Origin: a virus
Strand: one strand, 5' to 3'
IMG/VR virus record: IMGVR_UViG_3300015063_000004
Location: 327-64,326 of that record
DNA: 64,000 nt
Position 1 is the first letter of the stretch. Each line of letters begins with the position of its first letter. Below the pieces are notes generated by a model. It saw only the letters and a list, made by a program, of their open reading frames with translations. It made no database searches and was not told the DNA's origin. Below, one piece after another: positions 26,374 to 36,700 of this stretch. Made by a program: the position numbers and the translations under genes.

Positions 26374-27183
26374 ATGACGAGCATTGTTGACGTCTGTAAT
26401 CTGGCGCTGGCCGAGATCGGAAACCGATCCTCGGTCAGTTCCGTTTTTCCTCCCGACAATAGTGCTCAGGCTCAGACGGCGGCGCTGTTCTTCCAGCCGA
26501 AGATGCAAATGTTGCTGCGGGCGGCAAACTGGGATTTTGCCCGCCGGCAATTGGTCGCCACGCAGCTCAAGGCGGTGATGATCAACGGGCAGGTTTCCGC
26601 CAATCCGCCTCCGCAGCCGTTTCTGTATGAGTATGCGTGGCCGGCGGATTGCCTGCGGGCGCGGTTCATCATGCCGACCATCCCGCCGCAGGCCGGGGGC
26701 GTGCCATTGACGACGGGGCAGGCGGTGGCGCCGTGGGCCGGCTACACGCCATCGACGCGAGTGCCGTTCGTGGTGTCGAGCGATCTGGACAATTCCAATC
26801 CGCCGGCACCGATCAAGGTGATCCTCACGAATTTGCCCAACGCAATGCTCGTATATACGGCCGATCTGTCGCTGCTGCCGGATATATGGGATGCGCAGTT
26901 CCTTGCCGCCGCGACGGCGACGCTGGCCTCGTATTTCATCCAGGCGCTATCCAGAAATAACGAGCAAATGAATGGGCAGATTGCGCTGGCAAAATCCGCC
27001 ATAGAGGCGGCGCGGGCGACGAATGGGAACGAGGGCTTGCAGACAAGTGACGCTGTTGTTGATTGGATGCAGGTCAGAAACTCTGGCTGGACTCCTGGAT
27101 GGGGAGCGACGCTTGGGCCAAATGGAACGCTCGGCGCCGTTGGGTGGGATCAAGCTGACCTCCCAGGTGGTCTGCGTTTCTAA
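26374..27183 (+). CDS. Tail tubular protein A / adaptor (T7 gp11-like)
   Basis: SIVDVCNLALAEIG...WDFARR...YEYAWPADCLR; WDAQF..A. Confidence 0.85.
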   Translation: MTSIVDVCNLALAEIGNRSSVSSVFPPDNSAQAQTAALFFQPKMQMLLRAANWDFARRQLVATQLKAVMINGQVSANPPPQPFLYEYAWPADCLRARFIMPTIPPQAGGVPLTTGQAVAPWAGYTPSTRVPFVVSSDLDNSNPPAPIKVILTNLPNAMLVYTADLSLLPDIWDAQFLAAATATLASYFIQALSRNNEQMNGQIALAKSAIEAARATNGNEGLQTSDAVVDWMQVRNSGWTPGWGATLGPNGTLGAVGWDQADLPGGLRF

Positions 27184-27281
27184 TGAACAATGAGTTAGCC
27201 GAAATTGGCGAACTCGCCATGAAAACGGATCGCGGCTTCTTTGTAGGCGGCGTGTGCTTCCTCTGGCGTATCAAAAAATGA
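27183..27281 (+). CDS. Possible 32-aa peptide between tail tubular A and B
   Basis: TAATG and ATGA overlaps exactly fill the gap. Confidence 0.35.
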   Translation: MNNELAEIGELAMKTDRGFFVGGVCFLWRIKK

Positions 27282-30200
27282 GCATTCCGAACCTGCAAGG
27301 GGCGTTCAACGCGGGCGAACTAAGCCCAGAATTGTTCGGCCGGGTCGATCTTGCCAAATACAAAACTGGCTGCTCCACGATGCGCAATATGTTTGTTTCG
27401 TATCGCGGGGGTGCCTATTCGCGCGCGGGGACGGCTTTTGTCGGGCAGTGCCTTAACTCCGGCGCCGACGCGCCGCCGGTCCTTATCACGTTCAAGTTTT
27501 CTGCGACGCAGGGCTACGCGATCGAGGGCGGGAATTTCTATTTTCGGTTCATTCAGAACGGCGCCTACATAACGGAAACGCCGAAGTCTGTAACAGCGAT
27601 AACCAACGCCAATCCGGGCGTTTTCACAGTGCCGTCGCATGGGTATTCTACCGATGATTGGGTGCAGTTGGTCGGGTGGTCGAACAACCCGAAGGTAAGT
27701 GGGCAGGTTTATCTTGTCGGGGTGCTGAGCGCCAACACGTTCTATCTTGCATCCACGTTGACGGGCGTTGCTGTTGATACATCGCTGCCGCCGGGGTATT
27801 CAGGCGGCGCAACCGTGGCGCGTATTTACACGCTGGCGACACCGTATGCCGCGACTGATTTGCCTGCGGTGAAATGGGCGCAGTCTGCCGACGTGATGAC
27901 GCTGACGCATCCGAATTACGCACCGCGCGATCTGGCGCGGCTTGGGGCGGCGAATTGGACTTTGCAGGTTACGACGTTTGGCACGTCACTGTTGCCGCCG
28001 GCTGCGACCTCGGCGACGGCCAGCAACACGACAACGACTAGCCCGACATCGTATCAGTATGTGGTGACGGCGGTTGATGGGGTGACGGGCGAGGAAAGCG
28101 TCGCGTCACCGATCGCGGCTATCACGGATTCCGTTGATACGGCGGTGGTGGCGGGGACCAATACCGTTTCGTGGAACGCGGTCACTGGGGCCACGTCTTA
28201 CAATATCTATCGGGCGCCCCCGGCCTATAATGCGTCGGTGCCTCCGGGTAGTTTGTTCGGCTTTGCCGGCTCGGCTTTTGGGCTGAGTTTTGCCGATACC
28301 AACATCGTGCCGGATGCAACGCGGGTTCCGCCGACGCATCAAAACCCGTTTGCCGTGTCGCCGATCGACAGCATCAGCATGTCGGCTTTTGGCAACAATT
28401 ACACTGGCCCTATCGTGACGCTGACCGATCCTACCGCATCGGGGTCTGGGGCTGTGTTGGTTCCGATCACGCTTGGCGGCCAGGTCCAGTATATCCAGGT
28501 GGTGAACGGGGGCCAGCAATACGGGGTTGGCACGTCAGTTTCTATCACGGATAGCGGGACCGGATCGGGGGCTGCTGCGGTTGTTTTGATTGGGGCAACA
28601 ACCGGAACGTGGCCGAGTTGTGTCGCATATTTCCAGCAGCGGCGGTTTTACGCCAATACCAACAACGCGCCGGATACATATTTCGCGTCGCAACCGGGCG
28701 CCTATACAAACATGGATTCGTCGGTTCCTACGCAGGACGATGATGCGATCATCGGAAGCCCGTGGGCAACGCAGGTTGACGGTATCCAGTCGATGGTGCC
28801 GATGCCTGGTGGTCTTGTGATTCTGACCGGCGGTGGTGCGTGGCAGCTTAGCGGTGGCGCGCAGGGGACGGCCATCACGCCGCAGAACCAGTTTGCGACG
28901 CCGCAGGCTTTCAATGGGTGCTCGCCTTTGATCCGGCCTCTGACGATCAATTACGATATCCTGTATGTGCAAGAAAAGGGGTCGATCGTCCGCGATTTGG
29001 CCTATAATTTCTTCGTAAATATCTACACCGGAACCGATATGACGGTGCTGAGCAACCATCTGTTTACCGACCATTTAATTGTTCGGTGGGACTGGGCGGA
29101 AGAACCGTTCAAGTTGGTTTACGCCGTGCGCGACGATGGTGTTTTGTTGAGCCTGACCTATCTCAAGGAACAGGACGTTTACGCATGGTCGCGGCATGAT
29201 ACCAACGGGCTGTTTCAGTCTGTGTGTTGCGTGTCTGAACCGCCGGTCAATGCGCCGTATTTTGTGGTCAAGCGGCTAATCCAGACATCGCCTGCGCCGA
29301 CATGGGCCTATTACGTCGAGCGGATGGACAACCGCATTTGGTCCGACCTCGATGACCTTTGGTGTGTGGATTGTGGGTTGCCGCTGCCGCAGCCTCAGCC
29401 GGCAGCAATACTTAGCGCGTCGTCGGCGACGGGGAATGGGAATATCTCCGGGTATCTGTTGGTTTATGGTGGCTCGGGCTACACGGCGCCTGTTGGCGTG
29501 GTGGAGGACGCGACGGGTGCCGGGGCGCAGATGGCGATCTTTGTGACCGGCGGGGTTATCACGAACATTCTCCCTACTGTGGAGGGGGCGAAGTATTCGC
29601 CTTCAGCAGTTTTGCGGATTAGCGACCCGACAGGAAGCGGGGCGGTGGCGCAGCCATTGGTGACGAATTATGCGACGTTTACGGCAAGTGCTGCGGTGTT
29701 TGGTTCGGCGCAGGCTGGCGACGTGATTTCGATTGGCAGCCGGGGGGATGGGACGCGGGTTGGCGGTGGGAACGCCACGATCGTCACGGTGACGGATAGC
29801 ACCCATGTCGTGGCGAATATTACCGATCCGATTACCAATGTGATCCCGGACGATCCACTGTTTACGCCGGTGCCAGTTGCTGCCGGGGACTGGACACTGA
29901 CGCGGCCGGTTTCGACGGTTTACGGGCTGAACCACCTTGAGGGCATGACGGTCTCGGTGCTGGCTGACGGCGGTGTGGTGGCGCCGCAGCCGGTGGTGAA
30001 CGGGACGGTGACGTTACCCACTGCGGCCACGTCGGTAGTCGTTGGACTGCCATTCACGGCGCAGTTGCAGACCCTTTATCTGGAAATGCCGGCGCAGGTT
30101 ACTGTGCAAACCAGGGCGAAAAACGTCAGTTACGTGGTTGCGCGCGTGTTCCAAAGCCGTGGGTGGGAGATTGGGACAGACCAGCCGGACGCTTCGACGG

Positions 30201-30433
30201 AGCCGAACGGTGCGACTGTTCCGTGGACTGGCATGGTTGAAGTGCCCCAGCGCGGACCTGATAACCTGCCAGGAAAGCCAATCCCGCTGTTTACGGGGGA
30301 TGTGCAGACAAACGTGCTTGGGCAATGGGACAGCAATGGGCAGATAGCCTTGCAGCAGACCGCACCGCTGCCGCTAAACCTGCTTGGGTTGGTTCCGTGG
30401 CTGACGCTGGGGGATACTCCGAGTGCCTCGTGA
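27278..30433 (+). CDS. Tail tubular protein B / nozzle (T7 gp12-like), enlarged
   Basis: FNAGELSPELFGRVDLAKY, FQQRRFYA, EQDVYAWSRH, LNHLEGMTV, TAPLPLNLL. Confidence 0.9.
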   Translation: MSIPNLQGAFNAGELSPELFGRVDLAKYKTGCSTMRNMFVSYRGGAYSRAGTAFVGQCLNSGADAPPVLITFKFSATQGYAIEGGNFYFRFIQNGAYITETPKSVTAITNANPGVFTVPSHGYSTDDWVQLVGWSNNPKVSGQVYLVGVLSANTFYLASTLTGVAVDTSLPPGYSGGATVARIYTLATPYAATDLPAVKWAQSADVMTLTHPNYAPRDLARLGAANWTLQVTTFGTSLLPPAATSATASNTTTTSPTSYQYVVTAVDGVTGEESVASPIAAITDSVDTAVVAGTNTVSWNAVTGATSYNIYRAPPAYNASVPPGSLFGFAGSAFGLSFADTNIVPDATRVPPTHQNPFAVSPIDSISMSAFGNNYTGPIVTLTDPTASGSGAVLVPITLGGQVQYIQVVNGGQQYGVGTSVSITDSGTGSGAAAVVLIGATTGTWPSCVAYFQQRRFYANTNNAPDTYFASQPGAYTNMDSSVPTQDDDAIIGSPWATQVDGIQSMVPMPGGLVILTGGGAWQLSGGAQGTAITPQNQFATPQAFNGCSPLIRPLTINYDILYVQEKGSIVRDLAYNFFVNIYTGTDMTVLSNHLFTDHLIVRWDWAEEPFKLVYAVRDDGVLLSLTYLKEQDVYAWSRHDTNGLFQSVCCVSEPPVNAPYFVVKRLIQTSPAPTWAYYVERMDNRIWSDLDDLWCVDCGLPLPQPQPAAILSASSATGNGNISGYLLVYGGSGYTAPVGVVEDATGAGAQMAIFVTGGVITNILPTVEGAKYSPSAVLRISDPTGSGAVAQPLVTNYATFTASAAVFGSAQAGDVISIGSRGDGTRVGGGNATIVTVTDSTHVVANITDPITNVIPDDPLFTPVPVAAGDWTLTRPVSTVYGLNHLEGMTVSVLADGGVVAPQPVVNGTVTLPTAATSVVVGLPFTAQLQTLYLEMPAQVTVQTRAKNVSYVVARVFQSRGWEIGTDQPDASTEPNGATVPWTGMVEVPQRGPDNLPGKPIPLFTGDVQTNVLGQWDSNGQIALQQTAPLPLNLLGLVPWLTLGDTPSAS

Positions 30434-30875
30434 TGTGACCGTGGTTGACGCGCAGGCTGCCCATATCGGGCCGCTGGCGGCCGACCTGCGGGCTGGGTAT
30501 GTGGTGGCGCTGCGGCGGGTGGGGCTGACGCCTGAGCGGGCTATCTGGCGCCGGTATCGGTCGAGCGTGCTGCGCCGGACGGGGCTGGTGGACGGGCGGG
30601 TTGCCGCCATGTGGGGGGTCGCGCCGGCAGGGGGTGATAGCCTTCTGGGCGGCGAGGGGGATGGGTGGCTGTTCACGGCCGAGGCGGTGCGGCTGGCGCC
30701 CAAGGCGGCGCTGCGCATCGGGCGGGGGGAGTTGGAACGGTTCCGTGCGGTATTTGGGCGGATGCGTGGTATCGTGTCGCTAGAGGATGAATGCGCCGAA
30801 CGGTTTGCGGAGCGGCTGGGGTGCCGGTTGCTGGGGGCCGAGGGTGCATTTTTCCGGCGGTATGAGGTGGATTAA
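30423..30875 (+). CDS. T7 gp13-like / GNAT-like protein
   Basis: Position between nozzle and ejection genes; AAMWGV...GWLF...RFAERLG. Confidence 0.65.
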   Translation: MPRDVTVVDAQAAHIGPLAADLRAGYVVALRRVGLTPERAIWRRYRSSVLRRTGLVDGRVAAMWGVAPAGGDSLLGGEGDGWLFTAEAVRLAPKAALRIGRGELERFRAVFGRMRGIVSLEDECAERFAERLGCRLLGAEGAFFRRYEVD

Positions 30876-31510
30876 TGTCCGGCATTGAGGAAATCGCCGT
30901 TGTTGTCTCTGCCGTTGCTGCGGTTGGCGGGGCTGCGGTCGGGGCGGTCGGGGCGGAAAAGTCCGCCGAGGCTAGTAAGGCGGCGGCAAATTACCAGGCG
31001 CAGGTTGCCTCGAACAACGCCATTATCCAGCAGCAGAACGCGACGCAGGCGCAGCAGAAGGGCGAGGCCGACGCTGCGGCGCAGGCTATGGCGACGCGCC
31101 AGCAGGCCGGCAAGATCAAGGCGGCAGAGGCGGCGAGCGGGGTGGATGTAAACAGCCCGTCGTCGCTGGACGTGCAATCGTCGGCGGCGCAGTTGGGGGA
31201 ACTGGATGCTCTGACGATCCGGTCCAACTACTCGAGGTCGGTTTATGGGTATGAGACTGCGGCCAATTCGCAAACAGCGCAGTCGCAATTGGATGTGATG
31301 GCAGGGAAGAACGCTTCAACGGCTGGGAACATCGGCGCGGCTACGTCGCTGTTGAGCGGGGCGACCTCGCTGGGGACGCAGTATTTGTCATGGCAGAAGG
31401 CGGGATTGTTTACGGGGGCCGGAACGGCTGCTGGGGCAGCGTCGGCTATGAGCGGTCTTTCTCCCAATGACGTTGGCGCCCGCAATCCCGTCTCGGCCAC
31501 GTTCTTCTAA
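30875..31510 (+). CDS. Small ejection (internal virion) protein
   Basis: Ala/Gln-rich; AASGVDVNSPSSLDVQ, DALTIRSN. Confidence 0.8.
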   Translation: MSGIEEIAVVVSAVAAVGGAAVGAVGAEKSAEASKAAANYQAQVASNNAIIQQQNATQAQQKGEADAAAQAMATRQQAGKIKAAEAASGVDVNSPSSLDVQSSAAQLGELDALTIRSNYSRSVYGYETAANSQTAQSQLDVMAGKNASTAGNIGAATSLLSGATSLGTQYLSWQKAGLFTGAGTAAGAASAMSGLSPNDVGARNPVSATFF

Positions 31511-33768
31511 TGCCCGAGCGCGTCCCATACACCGGGCTGCCGAGCGTCGCGGCGCAGGTATCGCCGACCGGCGACCAGCAGATACAGGCGACGCCGGCTG
31601 CGTTTGGGGCGCAGATTGGCGGGGCTGAACAACAGGCGGGTGCTGGTCTAGAGGGCGACGCGGCCAAACTGTCGCAGGCTGCGCTTGCGATGCAGGGCAT
31701 GAATAACGAGCGGGATGCCCGCAACGCGCAGGGGCTTTTTCAGGAGCAAATCGGGCAGGCGTGGGGGAAGTATTCTTCCTTGGAGGGAAAAAACGCGGCC
31801 GACGCATACCCTGAGTTTCAGAAGCAGATTGCCACCATTCGCGATGGCGTCGCCGGAACGCTGGGCAGTCCGCAGGCGAAAAATGACTTCCTGAACGCGG
31901 CTGGGTTCCTGATGAACCGGCTGACGCTGGGCGCTGCGACGCACGCGGCGAGTGAACAGAAAAAGTCGTGGGTGCAGTCGTATGCCTCCAATATCGAGAA
32001 CGCATCCAATTTTGCCGTGACGATGCAGAATGACCCGACGACGTTGGCGGCGCAGGCCAATTCGGTGCGAGATTCGGCGACGCAATTGGCGGCGCAGACC
32101 GGGCAGGACGAACAAGCCGCCAAGGCTACCATGTCGAACGCGATGGGGAAGTTCTATGGCAAGGTGATCCTGTCCAAGTTTGCCACCGATCCGGCCGGGG
32201 CGAAGCAACTGTTCGATAGCGTGCGCGGCGAGATGGACGCGGGAACGGTCGTTTCCTTGCAGCAGCATATGAAGGCGCAGGGGGATATTCAGGCCGGGGC
32301 TGCGGCGGCGAACAGTGCGTATTTCGGGACGGGTGGAAGCGTTGGCGGGGCTATTCAGGCGGCGGCGGCAAAGTATCCTGGCGTGAGTGCCGATACGTTG
32401 CAAAGGACGGCGCGGCTAGAAAACTCGCCCAATACGCCGAACGCGGTTTCTTCTACCGGCGCACGTGGGCCGTTTCAGTTTGTCAGCACGACGGCAAGGC
32501 AGTATGGCCTGACGAACCCCGAAGACCCGATGCAATCGGCAGATGCGGCTGCGCGACTGCAACTGGACAATAAGAAGGCTCTGACGGCATCGCTTGGTCG
32601 CGAGCCTACGGGGGCAGAACTGTATCTCGCGCACCAGCAGGGCGCGGCTGGGGCTGCGGCGCTGATTAAGAACCCGAATATTGCTGCGACGGCTGCGGTC
32701 GGAAATGACCGGGCGATCTTGGTGAATGGGGGCCGGGCCGGGCAGACTGCCAGCGATTTCGTGCAGCAGTGGACCAATAAGTTCAACGCCGCAGGGCCGC
32801 CGCCGGGCGCGACCAATGACGTGCAGGACCACACGCTAGACCGTGCGACGGCGTATGACCGGCTGACTGCGGACTATCAGGCCGGAAAACTGAATGACGC
32901 GCAGTATGACCTAGCCGTGAACCATCTTGCTCGGTTGCAGCAGATGGATAAGGCGGTAAAGGCTGACGCGGCGGAACAGGCGTTCAACGAATACATTCCC
33001 AAGGCTTTGAGTGCGCCTGGAACGTTTCCGATGGACGCGATGCTGGCCGATGCTCGGTTGCAGGGGACGCAGAAGAATACGATCTTCAACATCGTCAATC
33101 ATGCGCTCAAGGGCGACATAACCAAGCCCACGGAAATTTCGCAGGCCAAGCGGACAGAACTGCTCGATGGCATCCGCGACGGGACCGTAACCACGGCGGG
33201 GCAGCTTTACGATGCCGTGGCGCACGGTGGTCTTTCGACCGGAGATTACAGTTTCGTTCGGGCGCGGTTTGACGAATCGCAGACTGACAATGGGCGGTCG
33301 TTGAACAGGCAGACAACGGAACTGTTTGGGGCGATTGAAAAAGACTTGGAGAGCGGCATCAATCCGGGCACGCGCAGCTTTACGGCGGGGCAAGATTTCT
33401 ACAACTGGAAAAATTTTGCGTATTCCAAGATCGCGCAATACCAGCAGGAGAAGAAGCCGCTTGGTCCGCTGTTTACTCCGTCTAGTCCCGAGTTCTTGGG
33501 TTCGGATGCGATTATCAAGCAATTCCGCACGCCTATGGAAATTGGAATGCAGAGGCATTTTGGGCAGGTGATGGGGACGAGTGCTGATGCCAAGACGGCG
33601 CAACCGCCGACCGGAGCGAGCATCATAGCCGACTGGCGGGCGGGAAAGATTGATCGGGCAGAAATGAGCCGAAGGCTTCTGGTCGGTGGTTTTATTCGTG
33701 AGGATGCCCCGGCGGCAATGCCGCAGCCGCCAACGCCGTTTCGTCCTCAAGTGCCGACCGTAGATTAG
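31510..33768 (+). CDS. Ejection protein with lytic transglycosylase-like domain
   Basis: ARLENS...STGARGPFQF...YGL...ELYLAHQQGAAG at about 32340-32790. Confidence 0.8.
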   Translation: MPERVPYTGLPSVAAQVSPTGDQQIQATPAAFGAQIGGAEQQAGAGLEGDAAKLSQAALAMQGMNNERDARNAQGLFQEQIGQAWGKYSSLEGKNAADAYPEFQKQIATIRDGVAGTLGSPQAKNDFLNAAGFLMNRLTLGAATHAASEQKKSWVQSYASNIENASNFAVTMQNDPTTLAAQANSVRDSATQLAAQTGQDEQAAKATMSNAMGKFYGKVILSKFATDPAGAKQLFDSVRGEMDAGTVVSLQQHMKAQGDIQAGAAAANSAYFGTGGSVGGAIQAAAAKYPGVSADTLQRTARLENSPNTPNAVSSTGARGPFQFVSTTARQYGLTNPEDPMQSADAAARLQLDNKKALTASLGREPTGAELYLAHQQGAAGAAALIKNPNIAATAAVGNDRAILVNGGRAGQTASDFVQQWTNKFNAAGPPPGATNDVQDHTLDRATAYDRLTADYQAGKLNDAQYDLAVNHLARLQQMDKAVKADAAEQAFNEYIPKALSAPGTFPMDAMLADARLQGTQKNTIFNIVNHALKGDITKPTEISQAKRTELLDGIRDGTVTTAGQLYDAVAHGGLSTGDYSFVRARFDESQTDNGRSLNRQTTELFGAIEKDLESGINPGTRSFTAGQDFYNWKNFAYSKIAQYQQEKKPLGPLFTPSSPEFLGSDAIIKQFRTPMEIGMQRHFGQVMGTSADAKTAQPPTGASIIADWRAGKIDRAEMSRRLLVGGFIREDAPAAMPQPPTPFRPQVPTVD

Positions 33769-33770
33769 GT

Positions 33771-36700
33771 ATGTCGGAAACCCTTCCCACACTTGATGAG
33801 TTCTTGGCTTCCAACGAGAAGCAGGCCAAGAGCGCGCTGCCGACGATGGATGAGTTGGTGGCACGCACGCCATCATATCAGCCCTATGACCAGATGGCCG
33901 GCTTAATGAATATGTTCCCGGATGTAACTAAATCTGTCGGGCATATCATGGGTGCGGTTGGGCAAGGCGCGGCGGAAGGATATGGTGGTGCGCCGCGACT
34001 TGGCGATGAGTTGGAGAGAGTGCTTTCCAAAGCAGGCATTGGCGCGGACATAAACGGCAATTACACGTCGATCATGCAGGCATTCAACGGGGGGATTATC
34101 CGGCCGCTGGCTACGGGGTTGAACGCGGCTTCAGGGATCGCCGGGGCGGTTGCTGGCGCGGTTCCGCCGTTATTTGGGCAGACCGCTACGGAGCTGGCGA
34201 AGCCCATTTTTGGGGAGCAAGGGGCGCAGCAGTTTGGGCGCGCGATTGCGGGGATGGCCGAGGCGACGATGGCCGATCTCGGCAGCCGCATCCCGCCGCA
34301 TCCAGTAGTCGAAGCCAATCGCGCAACCCTGCCCGCCAACAGCCATCCGCTTTTCGAGGAAAACCTGGCGCGGTGGCAGGGGCAATTTGGGGTGGAATCA
34401 GCGTTCCGCGAGGGTCGCGCCAACGGCGTTCTTGGACCGGACGGAGAGGACGGCTGGAAATTCGGGACCAACTCCGAATTGCCGGCTAATGATGACTGGC
34501 AGCGTCCGTTTGAGGCGGCGAAGGCCACCGATCAGCCTCCGCCGGAAGCGCCAGTAAGCGAGCCTGCGCCGGACGTGCATACGATTGCCCGGCAAATCGC
34601 GCCGGACACGTTCCAGGAATACGATGGGCTATCGGCACGCGTGGACGAACTGCGTGGGCAGATTGCGGATGCGCAGGCTGAACTGCGGCGCGGCGCAGAA
34701 GCACAGGCACCGGGCGCTGCCGAGATTGCCGATTTGGAGGATCGCCTACAGGACACGACTCCGCGACTGGCGAAGAAGTATCAGGCGCGATTGGATGAAC
34801 TGCGGCCGGCGCATGACGAGTTCATGGCCGGCGATCACATGGCAGTGCTGACGCGCGATACCGAGGAAATCGCGGCGCTGCGGCAGCAGTTGCAGGCGGC
34901 CGATTACCGGATGCGGGATTTGGCGCCGGACGTGACGGCGGCATACCGGGAGGCGGTTTCGCGGGTGCCGGCGGTGGAGGAAGCGCCGCCTGCTGCGCCG
35001 GTAGAGGCTCCTGTGGCGGCTCCTGATCCTGCCGCCGCGCCGGTTGCTGCTGCGCCGCCCGCTGTGACGCCTGCTGCCGCTCCTGAGGCTCCCAAGCCGG
35101 TCCCGGTGTCCATTGCCGCCGACGTGTCGCGCAAGCTACTCGCCGCCGGTCGTCCTGCCGAGGAAGCCAACGCTGCCGCCGCGCTGGTGCAGGCGCACTA
35201 CGAGGCGCGGGCGGCACGGTTTGGTGGGGCGAAGGGGACGGCCGAGGAAATGTATGCCCGCGATGGGGCGGACATTCGGGCTGGGCGCGAGCGGGCGCGC
35301 ACGCCGGAGTATGCGCAGCGGGGGAAGGAGTATCAGCAGCCAGCCTATCACGGCTCGCCGCATATCTTTGACAAGTTCACGCTGGACCATATCGGCAGCG
35401 GCGAAGGCGCGCAGGCTTACGGCCATGGATTGTATTTCGCGGGCAACAAGGCGGTTGCGAAGTTCTATCGGGAGGAATTGTCCAGTCCAACACTGACCAT
35501 AGATGGTCACGACATTTTCGACAAAAAAAGCGCAAACGTCGGGCTTTCTGAAAACGATCGTGATGCGTTGGGTCGCATCGCTCTTTGGATGACGGATCGC
35601 GAGCGCGGGTCGTTCAAAGATGTAGATGCTCTTGTCGCTGCTTTGCGGAAAGCGGGGCAAGAGGGCCGGGCTGATCTTTTGGAAAGATACAAGGATCGGC
35701 TTGGGGTTCAAGGAGAGGGGCGGCTTTATCACGTCGATATTCCCGAGGATCATGAATATCTCGACTGGGATAAGCCTCTTTCAGAACAGCCCGCGAAAAT
35801 TCAGGAAGCGGTCGCTCCGTTCCTCAAGGAACGACGGGAAAACCTGATCCGGTCTGCGTCGAAGTGGGGAAACCCTTCGCCGGCTGAGTTGGCGAACTAC
35901 GGTCGGCAGGCGGATGAAATCATCCAGAAGATGACCGGTGAGAAAATCTACAAGGAGATAACCGACCAGAACGGACTGAGGCGCGAAGGTGCTGATGCCA
36001 AGGCATCTAAGGCGCTCAATGAGGCTGGTATCCCTGGCATTCGCTATCTGGACAATGGCAGTCGTCGCGTGGGCGAAGGAACCCATAACTACGTTCTTTT
36101 TGACGCCGATCTGGCTAACATCAAGGAATACGAGCAACAAGCCCGAGGCAAAATCCGCCTAGACGACGGCCGCGCGCTGATAACGCTGTTCAAGTCCGCG
36201 AACGCATCTACCTTCCTCCACGAAACAGGCCACGCATGGCTTGCGGAATTGCTAGACGATGCGAAGGACGCTGCCGCTCCTGCGGACCTGACGCGCGATG
36301 CCGAAACGGTGCGGTCGTGGCTGGGTGCCGCGAACGACGCGGAAATCACCACGAAGCAACACGAGAAGTTCGCCCGTGGTTTCGAGCGATACATGATGGA
36401 AGGCCGGGCGCCATCGTCGGCGCTGGCGGACGTATTTGCCAAGTTCAAATCGTGGCTGACGCAGATTTACGAGACTGTGACGCGGCTCAAGGCGCCGATC
36501 ACGGATGATATCCGCGACGTGTTTGACCGTCTGCTGGTTGCGAACCCCGATGCGCGGGCGGCAATCGTGCCGGAACGCGCCATGGATGTTTCACGGGAAA
36601 CTGGTGGGCAGTTGCCGGTTGCGCCGCCGCCGGAAAAGCCGTCCCCGCTGTTCCCCAAGCGCCCGAAAGAACCGACGCGGTTGGTGTCGTTCATCCGCAA

